Below, in pieces: positions 8,574 through 16,033 of a DNA stretch of 18,013 bases. The notes below the pieces were generated by a model. It did no database searches. It saw nothing but the letters and a program-made list of their open reading frames with translations, and was not told where the DNA came from. The stretch covers positions 1 through 18,013 of the forward strand of contig CAZMRI010000011.1 of assembly GCA_964568605.1 (NCBI GenBank). Reading direction: 5' to 3'. Numbering within the stretch: the stretch's first letter is position 1; each line of letters opens with the position of its first letter. Source of the stretch: an uncultured Ignavibacterium sp. (GTDB taxonomy: Bacteria > Bacteroidota > Ignavibacteria > Ignavibacteriales > Ignavibacteriaceae). The position numbers were made by a program, and so were the translations under genes.

Positions 8574-9080
8574 TTGAAAGCTGTTAAATCAAATGAAACT
8601 GATGGATTAAAAGAAAAAGTAGTTCACATCAATAGAGTTGCTAAGGTTGTTAAAGGTGGACGAAGATTTAGTTTTAATGCAATCGTTGTTGTGGGTAATG
8701 GTCAGGGTACTGTTGGTGTAGGGCTTGGTAAAGCAAACGAAGTTACTGATGCCATTTCCAAAGGTATTGATGATGCAAAGAAGAATCTTGTTAATGTTTC
8801 TGTTATCAAGGGTACTGTTGCTCATGAAATAATTGGTAAATACGGTGCCGGAAGAGTTTTGTTGAAACCAGCTTCACCGGGAACAGGCTTAATTGCCGGC
8901 GGTGGTGTGCGTGCAGTTCTTGAAGCTGCAGGTGTTCAAGATGTTCTCACAAAATCACTGGGATCTAGCAACCCGCACAATCAGGTTAAAGCAACATTAA
9001 GTGCTCTGACAAATCAGATTGATGCAAGGAAAATGGCAGCAAAGAGAAAAATGCAAACCAAAGAATTGTTTGCTTCTTAA
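8574..9080 (+). CDS. rpsE: 30S ribosomal protein S5
   Basis: [41 protein letters not shown] is the S5 core. TTG start at 8574 directly follows an in-frame TAA. GGAG at 8563-8566. Confidence 0.96.
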   Translation: MKAVKSNETDGLKEKVVHINRVAKVVKGGRRFSFNAIVVVGNGQGTVGVGLGKANEVTDAISKGIDDAKKNLVNVSVIKGTVAHEIIGKYGAGRVLLKPASPGTGLIAGGGVRAVLEAAGVQDVLTKSLGSSNPHNQVKATLSALTNQIDARKMAAKRKMQTKELFAS

Positions 9081-9092
9081 CACGAGGATATT

Positions 9093-9287
9093 ATGGCAAA
9101 AATTAAAGTAATTCAGACAAGAAGTATAATTGACAGACCTAAGGATCAGAAGGCTACTATAGAAGCACTGGGCTTAGGCCGTCCAAATTGGGAAAGAGTT
9201 CATAATGACACTCCTCAGATAAGAGGTATGGTCAGAAAAGTAAGTCATTTAGTAAGAGTAGAAGAAATTAAAGAGCAGCAAGGTTAA
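9093..9287 (+). CDS. rpmD: 50S ribosomal protein L30
   Basis: MAKIKVIQTRSIIDRPKDQKATIEALGLGR is typical of L30. Operon position fits. Confidence 0.95.
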   Translation: MAKIKVIQTRSIIDRPKDQKATIEALGLGRPNWERVHNDTPQIRGMVRKVSHLVRVEEIKEQQG

Positions 9288-9289
9288 TA

Positions 9290-9748
9290 ATGGATATTTT
9301 AAGCAATCTTACATATGTAAAAGGTTCCAGAAAAAATCGGAAAAGAGTTGGACGCGGTGAAGGCTCAGGGCACGGCGGACAATCAACCAGAGGTATGAAT
9401 GGACAAAAATCCCGATCCGGAGCTAAACACAAGGCCTGGTTCGAGGGTGGTCAGATGCCTCTGCAAAGAAGAGTTCCGAAATTTGGATTTACTAATATCT
9501 TTAAAGTTGAGTACCAGTTAATCAATTTGAATGCTCTTCAAAGATTAGCAGATGAAAAGAAACTGGGTGATGCTGTTCTTAATCCAACTGAACTAAAAAA
9601 ACTTGGATTAATTTCAACACTTAATAAACCCGTAAAGGTTTTAGGAAAGGGTGAACTCAAAGTAAAAGTTCAGTTAGAAGTAAACTCATTCAGCAAATCT
9701 GCTCAGGATAAAATTGAAGCAGTCGGCGGAAAAATCACTAAGTTATAA
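9290..9748 (+). CDS. rplO: 50S ribosomal protein L15
   Basis: KRVGRGEGSGHGGQSTRGMNGQKSRSG...FEGGQMPLQRRVPKFGF is the L15 core. Confidence 0.97.
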   Translation: MDILSNLTYVKGSRKNRKRVGRGEGSGHGGQSTRGMNGQKSRSGAKHKAWFEGGQMPLQRRVPKFGFTNIFKVEYQLINLNALQRLADEKKLGDAVLNPTELKKLGLISTLNKPVKVLGKGELKVKVQLEVNSFSKSAQDKIEAVGGKITKL

Positions 9749-9759
9749 TCCGGAATTAA

Positions 9760-11094
9760 ATGTCAAGATTTACTGATACCTTTAGAAATATTTTTAAGAT
9801 CCACGAACTCAGACAGAGGATTATCTATACTATAGGAATTCTTATCTTAGTAAGACTTGGATCGCACTTAACTATCCCCGGTGTAGATTCTGTTCTCCTT
9901 AGTGAGGCAATGAAGAACCGGACGATGGATGATCTTTTTGGCTTATACGATCTGTTTGTAGGTGGTGCATTTTCAAATGCTGCTATCTTTGCTTTAGGTA
10001 TAATGCCTTATATATCTGCCTCTATTATTATTCAGTTAATGGGAGCAGTAGTTCCATATTTTCAAAAGCTTCAACAGGAAGGCGAAGAAGGCAGGAAGAA
10101 AATTACTCAGTTGACGCGCTACGGAACTGTGCTAATTTCTTCACTTCAGGCATGGGGTGTAACTGTACGATTGTTAAATATGGAAGTTCAGAATTTACCT
10201 ATTGTTCCAGAAGCAGTTCAGGGTATCGGATGGGTAGTTACAACGATTATCATTCTTACCTCCGGAACAGTTTTTATGATGTGGATGGGTGAACAGATTA
10301 CCGATAAAGGTATTGGAAATGGAATTTCACTTATAATTTTTATCGGTATCATTGCGCGCTTCCCAATTGCACTGTTCAATGAGTACAGGTTAATTGAAGC
10401 CGGGCAGAGACTGATAATTTGGGAAATCGTAATTTTTGCTTTTATGTTCTTTATAATTGCCGGAGTGGTTTTAGTTACACAAGGAACCCGGAGAATTCCA
10501 GTTCAATATGCTAAAAGGGTCGTGGGTAGAAAAATTTATGGTGGAGTAACTCAGTATATTCCTCTCAGAGTGAATACAGCTGGCGTTATGCCTATAATAT
10601 TTGCTCAATCGATAATGTTTATACCGAATACAATATTATCATTTTTCCCTGAAAATGAATTTCTCCAGACATTATCCGGTTGGTTTCATTTTACATCGCC
10701 GGTTTACTCAACAGTATATGCACTAATGATCATTTTCTTTACATATTTTTATACGGCAATTGCATTCAATCCTAAGGATGTTGCAGATAATATGAAGAAG
10801 CAGGGTGGATTTATTCCCGGTATCAGACCCGGAAAACAAACATCCGATTTTATTGATAATATTCTTACCAAAATTACGTTGCCTGGTTCATTCTTCCTGG
10901 CAATAGTAGCTATTCTTCCTGCATTTGTTTCGGTAATGGGTGTTACAGGAGAATTTGCTCAGTTTTTTGGAGGTACAAGTTTATTGATTTCTGTTGGTGT
11001 AGCACTTGATACATTACAACAGATCGAATCACATTTATTGATGAGACACTATGACGGATTTATGAAATCCGGGAAGATCAAGGGCAGACGTTAA
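9760..11094 (+). CDS. secY: Preprotein translocase subunit SecY
   Basis: 444-aa multi-pass membrane protein with SecY motifs (GIMPYISASIIIQL, MWMGEQITDKGIGNGISLIIF, RVNTAGVMPIIFAQS). Canonical position after rplO. Confidence 0.97.
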   Translation: MSRFTDTFRNIFKIHELRQRIIYTIGILILVRLGSHLTIPGVDSVLLSEAMKNRTMDDLFGLYDLFVGGAFSNAAIFALGIMPYISASIIIQLMGAVVPYFQKLQQEGEEGRKKITQLTRYGTVLISSLQAWGVTVRLLNMEVQNLPIVPEAVQGIGWVVTTIIILTSGTVFMMWMGEQITDKGIGNGISLIIFIGIIARFPIALFNEYRLIEAGQRLIIWEIVIFAFMFFIIAGVVLVTQGTRRIPVQYAKRVVGRKIYGGVTQYIPLRVNTAGVMPIIFAQSIMFIPNTILSFFPENEFLQTLSGWFHFTSPVYSTVYALMIIFFTYFYTAIAFNPKDVADNMKKQGGFIPGIRPGKQTSDFIDNILTKITLPGSFFLAIVAILPAFVSVMGVTGEFAQFFGGTSLLISVGVALDTLQQIESHLLMRHYDGFMKSGKIKGRR

Positions 11095-11100
11095 GTACTT

Positions 11101-11862
11101 GTGATATATATTAAGACAAAAAAAGAGATTGATTTTATTCGTGATAGCTGCAAAATAGTTGCAGAGACTTTACAGCTTGTTAAAAGTAATATTAAACCCG
11201 GGATAACAACATTAGAACTTGATAAAATTGCAGAAGATTATATTAAAAGCAATAATGCAGTTCCGGCATTTAAAGGATATGTTCAGGGTCCTTTAATTCC
11301 TTTTCCCGGCTCTATTTGCGCTTCAATTGATGAAGAAGTTGTGCACGGTATACCGGGCAGCAGAACATTAAAGGAAGGCGAGATAATAACAATTGATGTT
11401 GGCGTTCTTAAAAATAAATTCTTTGGCGATGCTGCACTTTCTGTACCTGTGGGGAAGATAAGTGACGAAAAAATAAAACTTCTTGACGTTACAGAAAAAT
11501 CATTGCATCTAGGTATTGAACAGGCCATAGCAAATAATCGTGTTCACGATATATCTAATGCCGTTCAGGAATATGTTGAATCGAACGGATTTTCTGTTGT
11601 TAGAGAACTTTGCGGGCACGGTGTTGGAAAATTTTTGCATGAAGATCCTTCTGTACCGAATTTCGGCAAAAAGGGTACAGGCGCAAAATTAAAGAATGGT
11701 ATGACGCTGGCAATCGAACCGATGGTAAATCTTGGTAAGTATTACGTAAAGACAAAACCGGATGGGTGGACAGTGATTACAGAAGATGGTTTACCATCTG
11801 CTCATTTTGAGCATACAATATTAATTAACAATAATAATCCGGAAATATTAACTGTTTGCTAA
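11101..11862 (+). CDS. map: Methionine aminopeptidase, type I
   Basis: [14 protein letters not shown] start (GTG at 11101). Metal-ligand contexts IDVG, FGDAA, CGHGVG, LAIEPM and HFEHT are typical of MetAP-I. Confidence 0.95.
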   Translation: MIYIKTKKEIDFIRDSCKIVAETLQLVKSNIKPGITTLELDKIAEDYIKSNNAVPAFKGYVQGPLIPFPGSICASIDEEVVHGIPGSRTLKEGEIITIDVGVLKNKFFGDAALSVPVGKISDEKIKLLDVTEKSLHLGIEQAIANNRVHDISNAVQEYVESNGFSVVRELCGHGVGKFLHEDPSVPNFGKKGTGAKLKNGMTLAIEPMVNLGKYYVKTKPDGWTVITEDGLPSAHFEHTILINNNNPEILTVC

Positions 11863-12080
11863 TGGCTAAGCAAGGACCAATAAAAGTTGATGGTGTTATT
11901 ACTGAAACATTGCCCAATGCTACATTTAAAGTTAAACTGGACAATGGGCACGAAATCCATGCACATATATCCGGGAAAATGCGAATGCATTTCATTAAAA
12001 TTTTAGTTGGAGATAAAGTATCCATAGAATTATCTCCTTATGATCTTTCAAAAGGTAGGATTACCTACAGGTATAAATAG
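11862..12080 (+). CDS. infA: Translation initiation factor IF-1
   Basis: [72 protein letters not shown] is a typical 72-aa IF-1. I place the start at ATG 11862, which overlaps the map TAA (TAATG), rather than the ORF-track TTG at 11856. Confidence 0.93.
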   Translation: MAKQGPIKVDGVITETLPNATFKVKLDNGHEIHAHISGKMRMHFIKILVGDKVSIELSPYDLSKGRITYRYK

Positions 12081-12090
12081 CGGAGTTCAA

Positions 12091-12204
12091 ATGAAAGTAA
12101 GATCGTCTGTTAAAAAGATTTGTGATAAATGTAAAATAATAAAACGCAAGGGTGTTGTAAGAGTAATCTGCAAAAACCCTAAACATAAACAGCGTCAAGG
12201 TTAA
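12091..12204 (+). CDS. rpmJ: 50S ribosomal protein L36 (zinc-ribbon form); not in the supplied ORF track
   Basis: Manual translation gives [37 protein letters not shown] (37 aa) with the CxxC...C...H pattern. GGAG at 12082-12085. Canonical position between infA and rpsM. Confidence 0.95.
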   Translation: MKVRSSVKKICDKCKIIKRKGVVRVICKNPKHKQRQG

Positions 12205-12225
12205 TTTAATTTAAGGAGAAATTCA

Positions 12226-12609
12226 TTGGCTCGTATTGCTGGTGTAGATTTACCCAAGAATAAAAAAGTTTTATACGGTTTGCAGTATATTTTTGGTATT
12301 GGCCAAACAGCCTCTGCCGATATTCTGGGAAAAGCCAAAATCGATCTAAATAAAAGAGTTTCAGATTTGACTGAAGAAGAAGTTGCGGAAATCAGATCTG
12401 TTCTTACGGCCGATTATAAAGTTGAAGGAGCACTTCGTTCTGAAGTGCAGCAGAATATTAAACGGTTGATGGATATAGGTGCTTACCGAGGTTTGAGACA
12501 CAGGAAAGGTCTTCCGGTTCGCGGACAAAGAACACGAACTAACTCAAGAACCAGGAAAGGCAAACGAAGAACAGTTGCCGGTAAGAAAAAAACACCGACT
12601 AAGAAATAG
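12226..12609 (+). CDS. rpsM: 30S ribosomal protein S13
   Basis: [16 protein letters not shown]-terminus and [25 protein letters not shown] start at 12226, with an in-frame TAA at 12202-12204. AAGGAG at 12213-12218. Confidence 0.97.
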   Translation: MARIAGVDLPKNKKVLYGLQYIFGIGQTASADILGKAKIDLNKRVSDLTEEEVAEIRSVLTADYKVEGALRSEVQQNIKRLMDIGAYRGLRHRKGLPVRGQRTRTNSRTRKGKRRTVAGKKKTPTKK

Positions 12610-12620
12610 CGGAGTATGGA

Positions 12621-12664
12621 CTGATTACAGATTTACAGACTCAGAAGTGAGTCCCGGTAATCAG
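12621..12664 (+). promoter_or_regulatory. Nested RNA hairpin in the rpsM-rpsK spacer (candidate r-protein leader or processing element)
   Basis: Outer perfect 8-bp helix CTGATTAC (12621-12628) / GTAATCAG (12657-12664). Inner perfect 6-bp helix GACTCA (12638-12643) / TGAGTC (12648-12653) closed by GAAG. Asymmetric internal loop of 9 nt versus 3 nt. No U-tract follows, so it is not a classical terminator. Confidence 0.45.
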
Positions 12665-12712
12665 GTAACGATAAAAGTATTTTAATGTAATAAGTTATTT
12701 GGAGATTAAGAT

Positions 12713-13099
12713 TTGGCTAAAGTAGTAAAAAAAGCAAAGAAAAAAGCTCACGTTGATTCCAATGGTGTTGCACATATTAAAGCAACATTCAACAACGTGC
12801 AGGTTACTATAACCGATATTTACGGGAATACAATTTCCTGGTCTTCTGCCGGTAAAAACGGTTTTAAAGGATCAAGAAAAAATACTCCCTTTGCAGCCCA
12901 GGTATCTGCTGAAGCAGCAGCAAAAGAAGCTTATGTTCTGGGATTAAGAAAAGTTGAAGTGTTTGTTAAAGGACCGGGTTCCGGCAGAGAAGCAGCTATA
13001 AGAGCGCTTCACACCGCCGGGTTAGAGATTTCGTCAATAAAGGATGTAACCCCTATTCCACACAATGGTTGCAGACCTCCTAAGAAAAGAAGAGTTTAA
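12713..13099 (+). CDS. rpsK: 30S ribosomal protein S11
   Basis: [30 protein letters not shown] and [13 protein letters not shown] are S11 signatures. TTG start at 12713, with an in-frame TAA at 12707-12709. GGAGA at 12701-12705. Confidence 0.97.
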   Translation: MAKVVKKAKKKAHVDSNGVAHIKATFNNVQVTITDIYGNTISWSSAGKNGFKGSRKNTPFAAQVSAEAAAKEAYVLGLRKVEVFVKGPGSGREAAIRALHTAGLEISSIKDVTPIPHNGCRPPKKRRV

Positions 13100-13121
13100 T
13101 TTTTCGGAGAATGAACTAATT

Positions 13122-13748
13122 ATGGCAAGATACACAGACTCAGTTTGTAAACTGTGCAGAAGAGAAAGACAGAAGTTATTTTTAAAAGGGCAGAAGTGTT
13201 ATACAGATAAGTGTCCGATTGAATCCAGAAATTACCCTCCCGGGCAGCATGGTCTTTCAAGAAGATCCAAAGTTTCTGAATACGGAATTCAGCTTCGTGA
13301 GAAGCAGAAGATCAAACGATCTTACGGATTGCTTGAGACACAGTTTAGAAATTACTTTGAAAAAGCCATCAAGCAAAAAGGCAGAACTGGTGCAAACCTT
13401 GTTAAGCTGCTTGAAAGAAGGTTAGATAATGTTGTTTACAGGTTAGGATTTGCCTCATCCCGTAAACAGGCAAGACAATTAATCAGACACAGACATATAA
13501 TTATTAACAATCATCTCGTTGATATTCCTTCGTACCTGGTTAGTCCCGGAGATGTAATCCATGTAAAAGATAAAAGTAAAAAACTGGATGCAATTCATAA
13601 TTCACTTAAAAGGGTGAAAGACAATACTTACAGTTGGCTTTCTGTTGATAAAGCTTCCTTAACCGGTACTTTTATTCAGGTTCCTGAAAGGGAAGAAGTT
13701 CCTTTAAATGCTAACGAACAGTTGGTAGTTGAACTTTATTCTAAGTAA
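13122..13748 (+). CDS. rpsD: 30S ribosomal protein S4 (four-Cys zinc-knuckle form)
   Basis: [32 protein letters not shown] is the canonical S4 N-terminus, followed by an S4 RNA-binding domain ([30 protein letters not shown]). I place the start at ATG 13122, not the ORF-track 13065, which would overlap rpsK. Confidence 0.95.
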   Translation: MARYTDSVCKLCRRERQKLFLKGQKCYTDKCPIESRNYPPGQHGLSRRSKVSEYGIQLREKQKIKRSYGLLETQFRNYFEKAIKQKGRTGANLVKLLERRLDNVVYRLGFASSRKQARQLIRHRHIIINNHLVDIPSYLVSPGDVIHVKDKSKKLDAIHNSLKRVKDNTYSWLSVDKASLTGTFIQVPEREEVPLNANEQLVVELYSK

Positions 13749-13781
13749 AAAATATTTTATGACTATTTCAGAGGATGTTAA

Positions 13782-14777
13782 ATGAGTGTTACACAAATAA
13801 AGATGCCCGAAGCAGTTGTTCTTGATGAATCAAGTTTTTCGAATACGTTTGGAAGATTTATCCTCCAGCCACTTGAAAGAGGCTATGGAACAACTTTAGG
13901 CAATTCCCTTAGAAGAGTTTTACTCTCTTCACTTCCGGGATCAGCAATTATTTCAGTAAAATTCAGCGGTGTGCTGCATGAATTTACTACTATTGACGGG
14001 GTAGTCGAAGACGTTTCCGAAATCATTCTTAACCTCAAGCAGGTCAGAATGAAATTGCTGTCTAAGAAGCCCAACAAAATTGATCTGTCATTTAGTGGTG
14101 AGGGTCAATGGACTGCCGCCGATATTCAGAAAGTCAGCAATGAAGTAGAGATTTTAAATCCTGATCTTCACATTGCAACTCTTAATTCCAAAGCAAAATT
14201 TGATGTTGAAATAAGAGTTGGTAAAGGTGTTGGGTACGTAACCGCATCCGAGAACATCTCACCGGACCAGACAATAGGCGTAATTCCAATGGACTCTATT
14301 TTTACTCCTATAAGAAATGCAAGATACGATATTGAGAATGTGAGAATCGGCGATAAGAATGATTATGAAAAACTTACATTAGAAATAACTACAGATGGAT
14401 CCATTACGCCTGATGATGCATTAACACAGGCTGCTAAAGTTTTAAGAGAACATATTCAATTGTTCATCAATTTTGATATGGACCAGGAAGAAGAACAGTC
14501 CGTTACTCAAAAGGATAGTGAATCCGAACGAATCAAAAAAATATTACTGACTAACGTTGACGATCTTGAACTTAGTGTAAGATCTCACAATTGTCTAAAA
14601 GCAGCAAACATTAAAAATCTTGCTGAACTTGTAAGAAAAGATGAACAGGAAATGCTTAAGTTCAGAAACTTCGGCAGGAAATCACTTGCTGAATTGATGG
14701 AAATTGTTGAAAATCTTGGTCTGGAATTCGGAATGGATGTCGATAAATACATTAAGGATGAAATAGAAATTCACTAA
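13782..14777 (+). CDS. rpoA: DNA-directed RNA polymerase subunit alpha
   Basis: GRFILQPLERGYGTTLGNSLRRVLLSSLPG (N-terminal domain) and DLELSVRSHNCLKAANIKNLAELV (C-terminal helix-hairpin-helix domain). Confidence 0.97.
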   Translation: MSVTQIKMPEAVVLDESSFSNTFGRFILQPLERGYGTTLGNSLRRVLLSSLPGSAIISVKFSGVLHEFTTIDGVVEDVSEIILNLKQVRMKLLSKKPNKIDLSFSGEGQWTAADIQKVSNEVEILNPDLHIATLNSKAKFDVEIRVGKGVGYVTASENISPDQTIGVIPMDSIFTPIRNARYDIENVRIGDKNDYEKLTLEITTDGSITPDDALTQAAKVLREHIQLFINFDMDQEEEQSVTQKDSESERIKKILLTNVDDLELSVRSHNCLKAANIKNLAELVRKDEQEMLKFRNFGRKSLAELMEIVENLGLEFGMDVDKYIKDEIEIH

Positions 14778-14797
14778 TTGAAAATTAAGGTTTTACA

Positions 14798-15292
14798 ATG
14801 AGACATAGAGTAAAAGGAAGAAAACTCGGCAGAACAGCCAGTCACCGAAGCGCACTGATGAAGTCTTTGACTACGGCACTGCTAAAACATAAACGAATAA
14901 AAACAACCGAAGCCAAAGCTAAAGAAGCCCGCACTTATATTGAAAAACTGATTACCAAGGCTAAGAAGAATGATCTTCACTCAATTCGTCAGATTATGAG
15001 TGTTGTGAATGACAAGGAAGTGGTTAAGGAGCTTTTTGCTGATATCATTCCAAAAATTGGTGAGAGGCCGGGTGGATACACCAGGGTAGTAAAACTTGGC
15101 CACAGAGCAGGTGATGCTGCTGCAATGGCTATTCTTGAACTTGTTGACTACAATGATATTGCTAACCAAAAAGCTGAAGAACGTAAGGAGAGAAAAGAAC
15201 TCAAGGCACAGGAAAAAGTTGAATCAAAATCAAATGAAGTAGTGGAAGAAGCAACTGTTGTAGAGGAAAAAGAAGAAAAAAAGTCTAAATAG
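14798..15292 (+). CDS. rplQ: 50S ribosomal protein L17 with a ~45-aa Lys/Glu-rich C-terminal tail
   Basis: MRHRVKGRKLGRTASHRSALMKSL and GGYTRVVKLGHRAGDAAAMAILELV are L17 signatures. The tail NQKAEERKERKELKAQEKVESKSNEVVEEATVVEEKEEKKSK follows in frame. Confidence 0.96.
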   Translation: MRHRVKGRKLGRTASHRSALMKSLTTALLKHKRIKTTEAKAKEARTYIEKLITKAKKNDLHSIRQIMSVVNDKEVVKELFADIIPKIGERPGGYTRVVKLGHRAGDAAAMAILELVDYNDIANQKAEERKERKELKAQEKVESKSNEVVEEATVVEEKEEKKSK

Positions 15293-15318
15293 TAAAATTC
15301 TGCTTTCTAATTCTATTT

Positions 15319-15354
15319 AAAGAGTAATTGGGAAACCAGTTACTCTTTTTTATT
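15319..15354 (+). terminator. Rho-independent terminator closing the alpha/rplQ operon
   Basis: A 13-bp stem counting one U-G pair: AAAGAGTAATTGG (15319-15331) pairs with CCAGTTACTCTTT (15336-15348) around a GAAA tetraloop (15332-15335). It is followed by TTTATT. Confidence 0.85.
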
Positions 15355-15359
15355 GCTAT

Positions 15360-15950
15360 ATGCCAATGTTTAAAAAACTTAATTTTATAGATTCTGTATA
15401 TAATCTTGAAAAACTTCCCGGGAAAAAGCTTCCGGAGGTAGTATTGTGCGGCAGGTCCAATGTCGGGAAATCATCTCTTATAAACTCTCTCTTCAACAGA
15501 AAAAACCTTGCTAAAATAAGCAGTACTCCCGGGAAAACACGCTCCATAAATTATTATGAGATTGATGAAAAATTTTATTTAGTTGATCTACCAGGATTCG
15601 GATATGCAAAAACAAGTAAAAAAGAGAGAGAATTCTGGTCAAAACTAATTTCCGAATTTTTTCAGAGTTCAGGCAATATTAAGCTCGCTATTCATCTCAT
15701 TGACAGCAGACATAAGCCGACCGACCTTGATATCAAGTTAAATGAACTTCTTCATAATAATTTACTGCCATTTATCTTTATTCTAAGTAAAGCGGATAAA
15801 CTAAAACAATCGGAAGTCAAGCTTGCACAACAGAATCTGAAGTCAGTTTTTCCTGAAGTTGTCCCTGAATCAAATCTTCTATTATACTCTTCTGTTAAAG
15901 GAACAGGTAAAAAGCAGGTGCTCAAACTTTTTGCTTCAATGTTCTATTAA
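15360..15950 (+). CDS. engB: Ribosome-biogenesis GTP-binding protein EngB/YsxC
   Basis: GRSNVGKSSLINSLFNRKNLAKISSTPGKTRSINYY (G1-G2), LVDLPGFGYA (G3) and LSKADKL (G4) match the EngB/YihA family. The start could be ATG 15360 or ATG 15366. Confidence 0.9.
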   Translation: MPMFKKLNFIDSVYNLEKLPGKKLPEVVLCGRSNVGKSSLINSLFNRKNLAKISSTPGKTRSINYYEIDEKFYLVDLPGFGYAKTSKKEREFWSKLISEFFQSSGNIKLAIHLIDSRHKPTDLDIKLNELLHNNLLPFIFILSKADKLKQSEVKLAQQNLKSVFPEVVPESNLLLYSSVKGTGKKQVLKLFASMFY

Positions 15951-16033
15951 TTAAATTAGTTGTTTATAACTGATTGATATTCTTTCAATGTAAGATTATA
16001 TTAAAACACAATTTTCTTGATTCTTTTTACCAA

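Noticed and set aside
11856-11861. ORF-track TTG start that adds ML- in front of IF-1.
   Set aside because: ATG at 11862 yields the canonical 72-aa MAKQ... IF-1 and gives the common stop/start overlap with map.
13065-13121. ORF-track 19-codon 5' extension of rpsD that overlaps the rpsK 3' end.
   Set aside because: MARYT... at ATG 13122 is the universal S4 N-terminus, and GGAGA lies about 11 nt upstream. The extension has no S4 similarity.
13219-13425. + strand 68-aa ORF inside rpsD.
   Set aside because: It is an alternate frame of S4. The S4 frame is conserved throughout.
15974-16033. TTG-initiated 20-codon extension (MIFFQCKIILKHNFLDSFYQ) of the GAF/GGDEF protein.
   Set aside because: Neither candidate start has an SD. 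ATG 16034 followed by a basic stretch (NRRQRKR) and then the first TM helix fits the positive-inside rule. The TTG start cannot be excluded, so this is a preference rather than a firm rejection.
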